Below are positions 18,447-27,079 of a stretch of DNA of 64,000 nucleotides, one piece after another; the stretch's first letter is position 1; each line of letters begins with the position of its first letter. A program made the translations under genes and the position numbers. The stretch covers positions 96,001 to 160,000 of the IMG/VR virus record IMGVR_UViG_3300043773_002546. One strand, given 5' to 3'. The DNA comes from a virus. The notes under the pieces were generated by a model. It saw nothing but the letters and a program-made list of their open reading frames with translations. It was not told where the DNA came from and made no database searches.

Positions 18447-18497
18447 AACGTCGTTATACTAAGTGTGTCACGTGCCCTTTTTTATGGAGTTTAACTC

Positions 18498-18866
18498 ATG
18501 AGTGTTTTGAATCCTCCGACGCAACCGGCTGTTCCCGCTGGCCAGGTCGTCGCCGAGCGGCTGAAGCAGCAAACCCGTCAGACGTTTCAGCAGCTTGTCA
18601 TGGCGTTTAACAATGGCGCCCGCTCGTTCTGGAATAACAACGACGCCACGCCTGCTGACATTGCTGCGGCCCTCGGCACCGACGCCAAGGAAGTTTTTGA
18701 GCTGCACGGCAAGATCGGCGCCCTGCTGGCGTCCGTGAATCCCGCGGCGATTGCTCCTGGTGTCTCTGCGGTGGGCGCGTTCACCTACAACGCCGACGGT
18801 ACGGTCACGGTCACCGGCCCCGCGCCCGAGCCCGCCCCCGAGCCCGCCCCGACGCCTGAAGCCTGA
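18498..18866 (+). CDS. hypothetical protein, fibre-associated
   Basis: SD GGAG; C-terminal PEPA repeats. Confidence 0.8.
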   Translation: MSVLNPPTQPAVPAGQVVAERLKQQTRQTFQQLVMAFNNGARSFWNNNDATPADIAAALGTDAKEVFELHGKIGALLASVNPAAIAPGVSAVGAFTYNADGTVTVTGPAPEPAPEPAPTPEA

Positions 18867-18903
18867 GTCGCTCAAAGATATCTATTCACGTAGGTATCGG
18901 TAT

Positions 18904-18976
18904 CCCGGAGTAGAGAAACCAGTATCTCGCCACGCTCATAACGTGGAGTTTGCGGGTGCGAGTCCCGTCTCCGGCA
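18904..18976 (+). tRNA. trnM: atypical tRNA-Met(CAU), partly initiator-like
   Basis: CCCGGAG/CTCCGGC acceptor with C1:C72 mismatch, GAGA/TCTC D-stem, CCACG-CTCATAA-CGTGG anticodon arm, GCGGG-TGCGAGT-CCCGT T-arm, A73. Confidence 0.75.
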
Positions 18977-19055
18977 CTTATTACCCCCCTAGTCGCTTCG
19001 GTGGCTAGGCCGCGAAGCCCAGTCAAGTTAAACTCTTGCCGGGCTTCTGCTATTT

Positions 19056-19988
19056 ATGCACCCGCGCAACTACGCCAACATTCAGCGCCGCCGGTATCTC
19101 GAACGCCAGCCCGCCGCGCAAAGTCTCGCGGGGCTGGAGGTGCTGCTTCATCTCGATTCGTTTTGCCTGGGCGACACGCTGTGCTTTGCGTCGTACCTGC
19201 CGGACTTCAAACACTACTATCAGCCCAGCAAGCTCTGGGTGACGACGTTCTGGCCGGAACTCTTTGGTATCTCCGACGAGTTCGACGTGCTCGACGCGGT
19301 AAGCCCAGACACGCTCGTGTGCGACAAGCTCGTTAGCTGCGGCTATCGCAAAGAAGACCTTCTGCACACCACCCGCGGCATGTTCTACGCCGCGCGGGCC
19401 TCGATGGGGCTGCCGGAGGCCCTGCCTGGCGCCGCGGTGCGGAGGCCGCTGACGCGCCCGGTGGCTGCCGTGCGGCAAACCAACAAGATCGTGCTGGCGC
19501 CGGAGAGTACAAAGTCCATTGCGCGCTGGGACTATCAGGGCGGTTGGGGTTGGCAAGCAGTTGTCGACGCGCTGGTGGCCCGCGGCTTCGAGGTGCACAA
19601 CATCTCGTATGAGACCGACCTGGGCCTGCGCAACGTGATTCCGCACCACGGGCACGACGATATCGCCGTCGTGCGCCAGCACATCGCCGAAGCGCGGCTG
19701 TTTCTGGGCTTGAGTTCAGGGCTCGCGTGGCTGGCCTGGGCTTACCACACGCCGGTGGTCATGGTGGCGGGGTTCACCAAGTTTTTTAACGAGTTTCCCT
19801 GCTACCGCGTTTGGAATCCGCACGCTTGCAACGGCTGTTTCAACGTGTTTCCCGACATTAAAAGTCCGTGTCCGCTGTTTGACAATACCGACCGTAAGCA
19901 CGAATGCCACCGCACGATTACGCCGGACATGGTGCTCGCGCAGGTCGATCGGGCGCTTGCAGATACGGCGACTCGCGCGCAGCATTAG
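19056..19988 (+). CDS. GT9-like glycosyltransferase, TibC/Aah protein O-heptosyltransferase-like
   Basis: LGDTL; ESTKSIARW..GWQAVVD; FLGLSSGLAWLAW; CNGC..CP..HEC cysteine cluster. Confidence 0.8.
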   Translation: MHPRNYANIQRRRYLERQPAAQSLAGLEVLLHLDSFCLGDTLCFASYLPDFKHYYQPSKLWVTTFWPELFGISDEFDVLDAVSPDTLVCDKLVSCGYRKEDLLHTTRGMFYAARASMGLPEALPGAAVRRPLTRPVAAVRQTNKIVLAPESTKSIARWDYQGGWGWQAVVDALVARGFEVHNISYETDLGLRNVIPHHGHDDIAVVRQHIAEARLFLGLSSGLAWLAWAYHTPVVMVAGFTKFFNEFPCYRVWNPHACNGCFNVFPDIKSPCPLFDNTDRKHECHRTITPDMVLAQVDRALADTATRAQH

Positions 19989-20038
19989 AAATCTCTTTCT
20001 CTCTCTCTCTCTTTTTCTTGCAAGGAAGGCAGAACGCT

Positions 20039-21418
20039 ATGTTCGTGACGACATGCACGCGGGACTATCTTGTGGGGCTTGAAGTTCTGCTGCAGAGCCT
20101 GGTGGACCACAACGAGTGGCTCGCGTCCGACGATATTCCGTTTGTCGTGCTCTCGAATGACCTGACGGCTGCTGATCTCACGGTAGCGCAAAAGATATAT
20201 CCACACGTGAAAATCCGTGGCTACGACGCTGAGAAGTACGCGCCGCTGGAGGAGCTCCGCCGCCAGGCCCAGGCTTTCGGTGATTACTCGAAATACGAAG
20301 TGTTCTCAGTGCCCGACGCCGAGCGCGTGGTCTTTCTGGACGTCGACATGCTGATTCGTGGCGATATCTCTGCGCTGCTGTACAACGAGCAGGACTTCGC
20401 CGCCGTGCGCGAGCTGTACATCGACCAGTTCAATACTGGCGTGATGGTCATCGGCAAAAAGTATCTCTCGCCCCGGGTCACCGCTGATTTGATTCGCCTG
20501 ACGCAGGTCTACGGCGTTACCGAGCATTTGGATCAAGACATCATCAATCACTATTTCGACGGGCAGGTGCACGAGCTGCCGCTGGCCTATAACTTTTTGA
20601 AGATCTATCACAAGCCCATTTTCCGCCGCGACGGCCTGGCCAAGTACGTGAAGATTCTGCACTACGTTGTCAAAAAGCCCTGGCAGCAAAAGTCCGCTGT
20701 AAATCTTGAAGAAGGCACACTTTGGCTCGAGCGCTACTGGTATGACGTGTACGCCAAGACGCTGCGCCTGCGTCACGACAGCGTAGCGCCCGCCGCAGCC
20801 GCCCAGGCTCCGGCGTCAGTTTTAATTCCAGTTCCAGTTCCAGTTCCAGTTCCAGCAGTCGCTGCCCCCAGCACGCTGCCGCCGCTACGCACCCGCGACG
20901 AGTTGGGCAGCTGGATGACGCAGATGGGCTACACGCTGGCTGCCGAAGTCGGCGTGCAGCGTGGCAATTTCTCGCGGCAGCTTTTGAGCACCTGGCCCGG
21001 CGAGCTCTTGATGATCGACGCCTGGGAGCGCCTGCCGGATTATCAAGACGTCTCGAACGTCTACAACGACGAGCATGCGCAGCTCATGGCGGTTGCGCAG
21101 CAGGTGGCGCAGGCGTTTGCGCCCCGCGGCGTGATTGTGAAGGCCAAGAGCCCCGAGTGCGCAGTCAGCTACGCCGACGGCTCGCTGGATCTGGTGTATC
21201 TCGACGCAAATCACAGTTACGAGGCTGTGCTGGCTGACATTCAAGCCTGGCTCCCCAAGCTCCGCCCAGGTGGCGCGCTTGCTGGCCACGATTACGTCGA
21301 CGGCGAACTGCCCCAAGGCCGATTTGGCGTAAAACGGGCTGTTAACGAGTTTTTTGGTCGAGCGCCCGACCTTGTAACAGAAGAAACCTGGGCCACGTGG
21401 CTGTATCTCGTGAAATAG
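20039..21418 (+). CDS. GT8 glycosyltransferase fused to class I SAM methyltransferase (Methyltransf_24-like)
   Basis: FLDVDML (DxD), FNTGVMV, LDQDIIN, KILHY..KKPW; then AEVGVQRG, LVYLDANHSYEAV, AGHDY. Confidence 0.9.
   Translation: MFVTTCTRDYLVGLEVLLQSLVDHNEWLASDDIPFVVLSNDLTAADLTVAQKIYPHVKIRGYDAEKYAPLEELRRQAQAFGDYSKYEVFSVPDAERVVFLDVDMLIRGDISALLYNEQDFAAVRELYIDQFNTGVMVIGKKYLSPRVTADLIRLTQVYGVTEHLDQDIINHYFDGQVHELPLAYNFLKIYHKPIFRRDGLAKYVKILHYVVKKPWQQKSAVNLEEGTLWLERYWYDVYAKTLRLRHDSVAPAAAAQAPASVLIPVPVPVPVPAVAAPSTLPPLRTRDELGSWMTQMGYTLAAEVGVQRGNFSRQLLSTWPGELLMIDAWERLPDYQDVSNVYNDEHAQLMAVAQQVAQAFAPRGVIVKAKSPECAVSYADGSLDLVYLDANHSYEAVLADIQAWLPKLRPGGALAGHDYVDGELPQGRFGVKRAVNEFFGRAPDLVTEETWATWLYLVK
20826..20855 (+). 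repeat. (TTCCAG)5 encoding a PV linker
   Basis: Read directly; lies between the GT8 and MTase domains. Confidence 0.9.
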
Positions 21419-21525
21419 TCTCTCGCACGCGAAAACCGCGTGATTTTAGCTGCCAGCCGCGTTTTGGCTGCGAGGTATACTTACAACCTGCGCGGCAAGG
21501 ACGCCGCGTGCCCGGGAGACAGAGC

Positions 21526-21885
21526 ATGGCGGCTCGCACGTTCAAACATTACCGGAAGCTCTTGCAGGTCCTGAAGCAGCACTGCGCCCCCGGCTACCCG
21601 ATTTCTGTGAAGCGGGTGAAAATTCCCAAGAAACTCGACGGGCGCTGCTGGAAAGACGGCCGAAAGTTTCTCATTCAGATCGACAAGGGCCTCGACGAGC
21701 ATCGGGCCATTGATGTGCTGCTGCACGAATGGGCGCACGCCCGGGCCTGGAATCACAGGCTCGATAATTGCTCCACGGACGACGAGTTTAACAAGCTCGC
21801 GCACGACGCCGCCTGGGGTGTGGCGTACGCCGAGGTGTACTGCGTCTACGAGCAGCAGTTCATTCCGGCGGCTGCGAGAATTTAA
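21526..21885 (+). CDS. small zincin/SprT-like metallopeptidase-fold protein
   Basis: VLLHEWAH (HExxH) and downstream H..AWG. Confidence 0.7.
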   Translation: MAARTFKHYRKLLQVLKQHCAPGYPISVKRVKIPKKLDGRCWKDGRKFLIQIDKGLDEHRAIDVLLHEWAHARAWNHRLDNCSTDDEFNKLAHDAAWGVAYAEVYCVYEQQFIPAAARI

Positions 21886-21929
21886 GCGCAATTTGATATC
21901 ATTGGTGGCTAGTCACCCGGAGCGTATTT

Positions 21930-22586
21930 ATGCGCAATCCCTACGAATTTGGCTATGCCGTTGGCCAGTACGAGAAGTCTGCCAGCCTGGGCGGTTTCGC
22001 GCAGGGTGCCTGGGACGTCGGCAAGTACATGATTCCCGGCGTGGGCACAGCGTACACCGCTAAAGACCTCTACGACTCTGTTCGGTCTGGCAATGTGCTT
22101 GGCACGCTCGGCAACACAGCGATGCTCGGCGTCTCGCTCATTCCTGGCGCCGGTGGTTTGCTCGGCGGCGCGGCGAAGGGCATGGGCAAAGGCCTGATGC
22201 GAGCTGGCGCGAGCATGGGCGGTAACCTCGCTGGGCGCGGCTTAATGTCGGCTGGTCGGGCAATGCGTGTGGCGCCTGTGGCAATGCGCGCCGCTGGCCG
22301 TGCCGCGCAGGGCATTGAGAGCGCTATGGCCAAGGGCGTCCAGAAAGTCGTGCCGGTTAACGCGGCCACAAAAAGCTGGACGCGCATGGCCGTGAACAAA
22401 GCTGTGCAGAATCCAATGCACACGGCGGCGTACACATTGCCAATGGCGGCCGGTGGCGGCCCAGCAAGTGCCGCGGCAGGCGCGGCTAACGCCGTTTCTG
22501 CTCCGCGTCGAGCACCGGCTCCGGCACCCGCACCTGCACCGGCGCCAATGCCGCGGGCGCAACCGATGGCCTACGCGGGCATGTAA
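21930..22586 (+). CDS. Gly/Ala/Met-rich putative internal virion protein
   Basis: N-terminus NPYEFG..EKSA; hydrophobic Gly-rich helix pair. Confidence 0.8.
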   Translation: MRNPYEFGYAVGQYEKSASLGGFAQGAWDVGKYMIPGVGTAYTAKDLYDSVRSGNVLGTLGNTAMLGVSLIPGAGGLLGGAAKGMGKGLMRAGASMGGNLAGRGLMSAGRAMRVAPVAMRAAGRAAQGIESAMAKGVQKVVPVNAATKSWTRMAVNKAVQNPMHTAAYTLPMAAGGGPASAAAGAANAVSAPRRAPAPAPAPAPAPMPRAQPMAYAGM

Positions 22587-22613
22587 CGCACAAAGATATC
22601 AATGGAGTTAAGC

Positions 22614-24083
22614 ATGCAACCCAAAGAATTTGGCCAGAAACTGCGCGCCGAGAAAGAAGCCAATTTGGCCGCGATGGCAAACACGGTGGGCCGCGGGCTG
22701 CGTGGCGCAGGCGCCATGACCGCAAAAGCTTATGGGGCGGCAAAGCCGATGCTTAACATGGCGGCCGGAAGCATGGCAAACAGTGCTGCTGGCGCGGTAG
22801 GCGGCGCCGCAGCGACCGCCGGACTGGGATACATGATGAACGGCGGGCGACCGCAAGCGGCTCCGTCAATTAACATTCACATGGGGGGCATGCCGAATGC
22901 GCCCCGCCCCTCCGCCGCCGCAGAAGTTCCGGCTGCGTTCACGGCGCTCAAGCAAGCGTCGTTTGCTGGCGCTCCGATGGGGCCCGGTCCCGGCGCTATG
23001 ACCGACGGACACATGAGCGGCACGAACCCCTTTGAGATGTTCACTGGTCCGACGCATCAGTTCAATCCTGCTGGCTCGATGTCGAACCCGGGAAACACGA
23101 TCGGCAATCTGTTGCCGTCGAGCGCGGCAAACCCCATTCATGACGTCAGTGGCGCGGGCCAGGGGCTTTCCCGGCTGCTCAAGCCCTCGAACATTTCGCC
23201 GTCGCCGTCGAGCGCGGCAGGGCAAGTTGGGCAGACGCTCGGCGGCGAGGTCAAGAACGTCGTCGGCGATATGCTGCGCGACGGTCTAGCTGGTCGCGGT
23301 GGCGCCACGAGCGCGCTGAAACACATGGGATCGATTAGGAACATCACGCAAACGTTGCAGCCATTTCAAGGAGTCGCACAAATGGGAATGAACGCACTGA
23401 GCAATATGCCGCTGAAGACAGCCAGCACGCGGCCGGTTGCCACCGCACTGGTCGCTATGGCCGTGAAGCGCGCGGCCGAGATGGAGAAAGACGCCGCCGG
23501 GCTCGGCGGGCTGCTTTCAGGTATCGGCAGTCTGGCCCGCACGGCGCCTGCGGCACTGGCTTCGGGCGCGAAGATGGTCGGTAACGCTGGAAAGTTTGTG
23601 AATACTGGCTCGAAAAACTTTTTGCGCGCGACCGGCAACGCACTCCAGGGCGGCGGCCAAGTTGGCCAGGCCGTAGGTGGCCTGGCTGGCCGCGTGGGTC
23701 GCTTCGGCCAGCAGATGGGCACGGGCATTATTGGCGCCGCGGAAAACATTCCGACGCGCATGCTCGGCACGAACATGGGCCGCCCGATTCGCGACGTGAC
23801 GCAGGCGGCAGGCCACGCCATGCGCGCGACTGGCTCCGCCATCGGCGGCACCGGCGGAGGCGTCGGTCTGGTCGGCAAGGGCATGAACGCGGCGGGCCAG
23901 GGCCTGAAGCGCGTCTCGCAGATGGGTTACGGCATTCCCACCGCCGCGGCGATTCCCGTCGCAGCGGGCGCGGCCATGGCAGCCAAGCCGTTCGTGCCCA
24001 ACGTCGGCCTGCAGAATCCCGTGGAAGCGTCGGCCAATGTAAACTTTCGCAATCCAATCACGTTGAATTGGGATAAGAAATAA
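22614..24083 (+). CDS. Gly/Ala/Met-rich putative internal virion (poly)protein
   Basis: PKEFG..EKEA; KQAS, KTAS, KDAA boundaries. Confidence 0.8.
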   Translation: MQPKEFGQKLRAEKEANLAAMANTVGRGLRGAGAMTAKAYGAAKPMLNMAAGSMANSAAGAVGGAAATAGLGYMMNGGRPQAAPSINIHMGGMPNAPRPSAAAEVPAAFTALKQASFAGAPMGPGPGAMTDGHMSGTNPFEMFTGPTHQFNPAGSMSNPGNTIGNLLPSSAANPIHDVSGAGQGLSRLLKPSNISPSPSSAAGQVGQTLGGEVKNVVGDMLRDGLAGRGGATSALKHMGSIRNITQTLQPFQGVAQMGMNALSNMPLKTASTRPVATALVAMAVKRAAEMEKDAAGLGGLLSGIGSLARTAPAALASGAKMVGNAGKFVNTGSKNFLRATGNALQGGGQVGQAVGGLAGRVGRFGQQMGTGIIGAAENIPTRMLGTNMGRPIRDVTQAAGHAMRATGSAIGGTGGGVGLVGKGMNAAGQGLKRVSQMGYGIPTAAAIPVAAGAAMAAKPFVPNVGLQNPVEASANVNFRNPITLNWDKK

Positions 24084-26197
24084 TGAGTCCGTTTCCGCCC
24101 GGCGGTTTGTTTGGCAAACCGTTGGTAAACGTACCCGTAGACTTGCTTTATACCCGGCGCAAGCTACTTGAAAAGATTATGCAAAACGTTGCAAACCGTA
24201 AAATCCAGAACGCTATTCAAGCTACAGGTGACAGAATGGCCGCAACTCCCGAACAGTTTGGCGCGAATCTTGCCAAGGGCATTTCGCAGATGGGCAAGAA
24301 GGCTGGCGTTGACTGGCGCGGCGCAATTCGCGGCGCAATGGAAGGGCACTACGGCAAAATGCTGGACGCGAGCGTGCCGAAGGCGCAAGGCATGTTTGAT
24401 CGGTATAAACAGCTGTTGACGTTTGACCGGTTTCGCCGCATGCAGCAGCACACATCTGACGCGATGAACACGCTCGGGAAGGTCAGAATGCCGTCGGAAG
24501 AGATTGCGCGTGTTCGGAATCAGCTTGACGACGTGGTGCAGCCCGAGTTTTTTAAATCGCTTGGCACTGCAGCTGGCACTGGTGTCGGCGCGTCGCTGGG
24601 CATTAGCGCTGGGGTTAATGCTTTGTCAGGCGGCGACAAGAAGGCCAACTCTAATCCCGCTGACGCTCACGGCTCGAGCTTTGTGCCCCTGATGGGCGGC
24701 GCGATCTCCGGTGCTGTAAAGCCTCATCCCAGCCGCGGCACGCTCACGAACGTGTTGGGCGAAGGCTTGGCTGGACTCAAAGGCGGCACGATTGGCTCGC
24801 TGCTTGGCGGCGGCGCTGGCGCTTTGACAGACCTGGCGACGAAGTTCAAGGGCCGCGGCGTGCCGACGCTGTTGGGTACGCTGTTGGGCGGCTCGCTGGG
24901 TACGCATGTCGGCTCGCAGCTGCACCGTGAGAGCATTCCGCTGAACGCCCGCGCGCTGGCTGAGCTGACTAACAAGAAGAGCGCGGCAGAAAAGACTGCT
25001 ATTATTGACGGCGCCCTAATTGGCGGCGCGTTGGGCGGAGCTTCGGCGCCTGAAGGAAATGTTTTACGTGGCGTTGGTCGCGGCATGGTCCGCGGTATTG
25101 GCACGGAACTTGGCGCTGTCGGCGGGGGTCTAGCTGGCGGCGCTGCTGGTGGCGCAGCTGGCGCTGCTGGTGGCGCTGGTCTCGGTGCGTTGACGGCGCT
25201 GTTGTCAAAAAATTACCGGAGCGAACTGGGCCGACTGGCTCTGGGCGGCGCGTTTATGGGCGGCAACGTTGGCGCCGGTCTGGGCGGCCTGGCGGGGCTG
25301 TATCACGGCGGCCGCGCTGGCTACAACGCAGCGGGCAAGTTCATGGGTCCGGCGAGCTACGCGAAGCAGTCTGCAGATAAGCGCGCCTCCCTGCCCGAGG
25401 GCGTATTTGCCGGTATGGGCGGCGCGATGAGCGGCGGCACAGCGGGTCTGGGCGTGGGCGCGCTGTACGGCCTGCTTTCAGGCGCACTACAAGCCCGCAA
25501 GGGCAAGAAATTGCGCGGCGCGGCCATGGGGGCTTTGCGCGGCGCTGGTGGCGGGGGTTTGATCGGCGCCGGTATCGGCGGCGGCCTGGGACTGGGTACG
25601 GGGCTCATGATGCCCAACGTGCTCACCGCAAACCCGATTACGCAGGCGGCCAATGCCGTGAGCATTGCCAGCAATCCTATTAGTCACGCCGCAAAAATGA
25701 CGCTTGGCGCCGCTGCTGGTGGTATCGGCGGCGGCTATCTGGGTAACAAAGCACGCAAGAGTCTCATCGGCGACAAGCCCGAAAGCGAAGACGAAGACGA
25801 GGGGCTTGAGACGGAAGACAAGACGGAGATGGATCCGGCGCTGAAAGCGGCCGGATTAGTTCCGTCTTTTCAGCAGGCCGCGCGAGAAGGGCTAGCGGGC
25901 ATGCGCGGCCGGTTCAAGATTCTTGAGAACATGCGCGGCGTGCGTGACCGGCTGCTTTCCGGCGACTTGTATCCAATGCCGCCGTTGGACAAACACCTTA
26001 ACATTGTCAACCGCGGCTCTAACCACGCGGCCGATATTGGCGCCAAATTGGAGCGCATGATGAAGCAAATGCGCGTTCCGACGGACAAAATTAAAGACAC
26101 GGTCGGTAACGCGGCGTTAGCGCGTTCGGGCATCCCGCCGATGAAGATGCCGCCTGAACAGTTGCGCGATCTTCGGATAGAAGCTCTTGGCCGTTAA
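24083..26197 (+). CDS. multi glycine-zipper putative internal virion (poly)protein (start may be 24179)
   Basis: Several GxxxGxxxG hydrophobic tracts separated by KKAN, KSAAEKTA, KQSADKRAS, KAAG. Confidence 0.8.
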   Translation: MSPFPPGGLFGKPLVNVPVDLLYTRRKLLEKIMQNVANRKIQNAIQATGDRMAATPEQFGANLAKGISQMGKKAGVDWRGAIRGAMEGHYGKMLDASVPKAQGMFDRYKQLLTFDRFRRMQQHTSDAMNTLGKVRMPSEEIARVRNQLDDVVQPEFFKSLGTAAGTGVGASLGISAGVNALSGGDKKANSNPADAHGSSFVPLMGGAISGAVKPHPSRGTLTNVLGEGLAGLKGGTIGSLLGGGAGALTDLATKFKGRGVPTLLGTLLGGSLGTHVGSQLHRESIPLNARALAELTNKKSAAEKTAIIDGALIGGALGGASAPEGNVLRGVGRGMVRGIGTELGAVGGGLAGGAAGGAAGAAGGAGLGALTALLSKNYRSELGRLALGGAFMGGNVGAGLGGLAGLYHGGRAGYNAAGKFMGPASYAKQSADKRASLPEGVFAGMGGAMSGGTAGLGVGALYGLLSGALQARKGKKLRGAAMGALRGAGGGGLIGAGIGGGLGLGTGLMMPNVLTANPITQAANAVSIASNPISHAAKMTLGAAAGGIGGGYLGNKARKSLIGDKPESEDEDEGLETEDKTEMDPALKAAGLVPSFQQAAREGLAGMRGRFKILENMRGVRDRLLSGDLYPMPPLDKHLNIVNRGSNHAADIGAKLERMMKQMRVPTDKIKDTVGNAALARSGIPPMKMPPEQLRDLRIEALGR

Positions 26198-26213
26198 CGC
26201 CCATTAATATCAA

Positions 26214-26435
26214 ATGGCCTGCCCCGTCTGTGAATCACCGACGATCGAGATTAGGGGCAAAGCCGTGTGCCCGTTCTGCCACGTCATCGTCGAGACGTGT
26301 TGCGAAGGCGGACGTTGTCAGTACAATTCTCCGAGTTCTGTAACTCAGACTCAGGAGGAGCGTACGCATGACGTGGGACGAGCTGATCACGGCGGTGGAG
26401 CAGTGGGCGGAAGCCCGGCAGATCATTCCCAATAG
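26214..26435 (+). CDS. small Cys-rich zinc-ribbon protein
   Basis: CPVC..CPFC..CCEGGRC. Confidence 0.6.
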   Translation: MACPVCESPTIEIRGKAVCPFCHVIVETCCEGGRCQYNSPSSVTQTQEERTHDVGRADHGGGAVGGSPADHSQ

Positions 26436-26682
26436 CACGCCCGAGGCGCAGCTACTCAAGTGCGTGAGCGAGCTGGGCGAACTGGCCGACGCGCGCCTCA
26501 AGCACGACATGCTCGAGATTGCTGACGGCATTGGCGACGTGCTAGTTACGCTGATTTTGTTTGCCAAGCTCAGCGACCTGAACATCCGGGGTTGCCTCGA
26601 GAGCGCCTACGACACGATCAAGGACCGCAAGGGCACGCTGATGCCTAACGGCGTGTTTGTGAAGGAGGAAAGTCATGCCTGA
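26368..26682 (+). CDS. mazG: MazG-like nucleotide pyrophosphohydrolase
   Basis: QLLKCVSELGELADA..IADGIGDVLVTL..AYDTIKDRKG. Confidence 0.88.
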   Translation: MTWDELITAVEQWAEARQIIPNSTPEAQLLKCVSELGELADARLKHDMLEIADGIGDVLVTLILFAKLSDLNIRGCLESAYDTIKDRKGTLMPNGVFVKEESHA

Positions 26683-27079
26683 ACCAGCCAAGCGTTTTAT
26701 TCTCAATGCCGAGCAGCGCACCTGGGTCGAGAAGTCCTGGGGCGGCGAGGACTGGATCTACAACGGGAGATATTGCGGCAAGAAGCTTCACGTCAAAAAG
26801 GGCAAAGCCTGCAGCTGGCACTATCACAAAGTCAAAGACGAGGTGATTTACTGCGAATCTGGCCGCGTAAAGTTCTCCTACGGCTGGGACGAGGACGACG
26901 CTACAGCCGCCGTAATTGAGCTGGGCCCGGACATGGCGTTTCACGTGCCGCCGGGAATGTGGCATCGGTTTGAGGGGGTTGAGAACACGGTTTTGCTAGA
27001 ATTTAGTACGCACCACAGCGACAAAGACGTCGTGCGCGCCGGGCAGGCGGAAACCCCAGACACAGAGGACGAGTCATGA
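26675..27079 (+). CDS. cupin (mannose-6-phosphate isomerase-like C-terminal domain)
   Basis: KSWGGE..YCGKKL..SWHYHKVKDE..HVPPGMWHRF. Confidence 0.85.
   Translation: MPEPAKRFILNAEQRTWVEKSWGGEDWIYNGRYCGKKLHVKKGKACSWHYHKVKDEVIYCESGRVKFSYGWDEDDATAAVIELGPDMAFHVPPGMWHRFEGVENTVLLEFSTHHSDKDVVRAGQAETPDTEDES

Noticed and set aside
19904-20038. N-terminal extension of the GT8 ORF or fusion with GT9
   Set aside because: The extension overlaps GT9 in another frame and crosses the CT tract; GT9 has its own TAG
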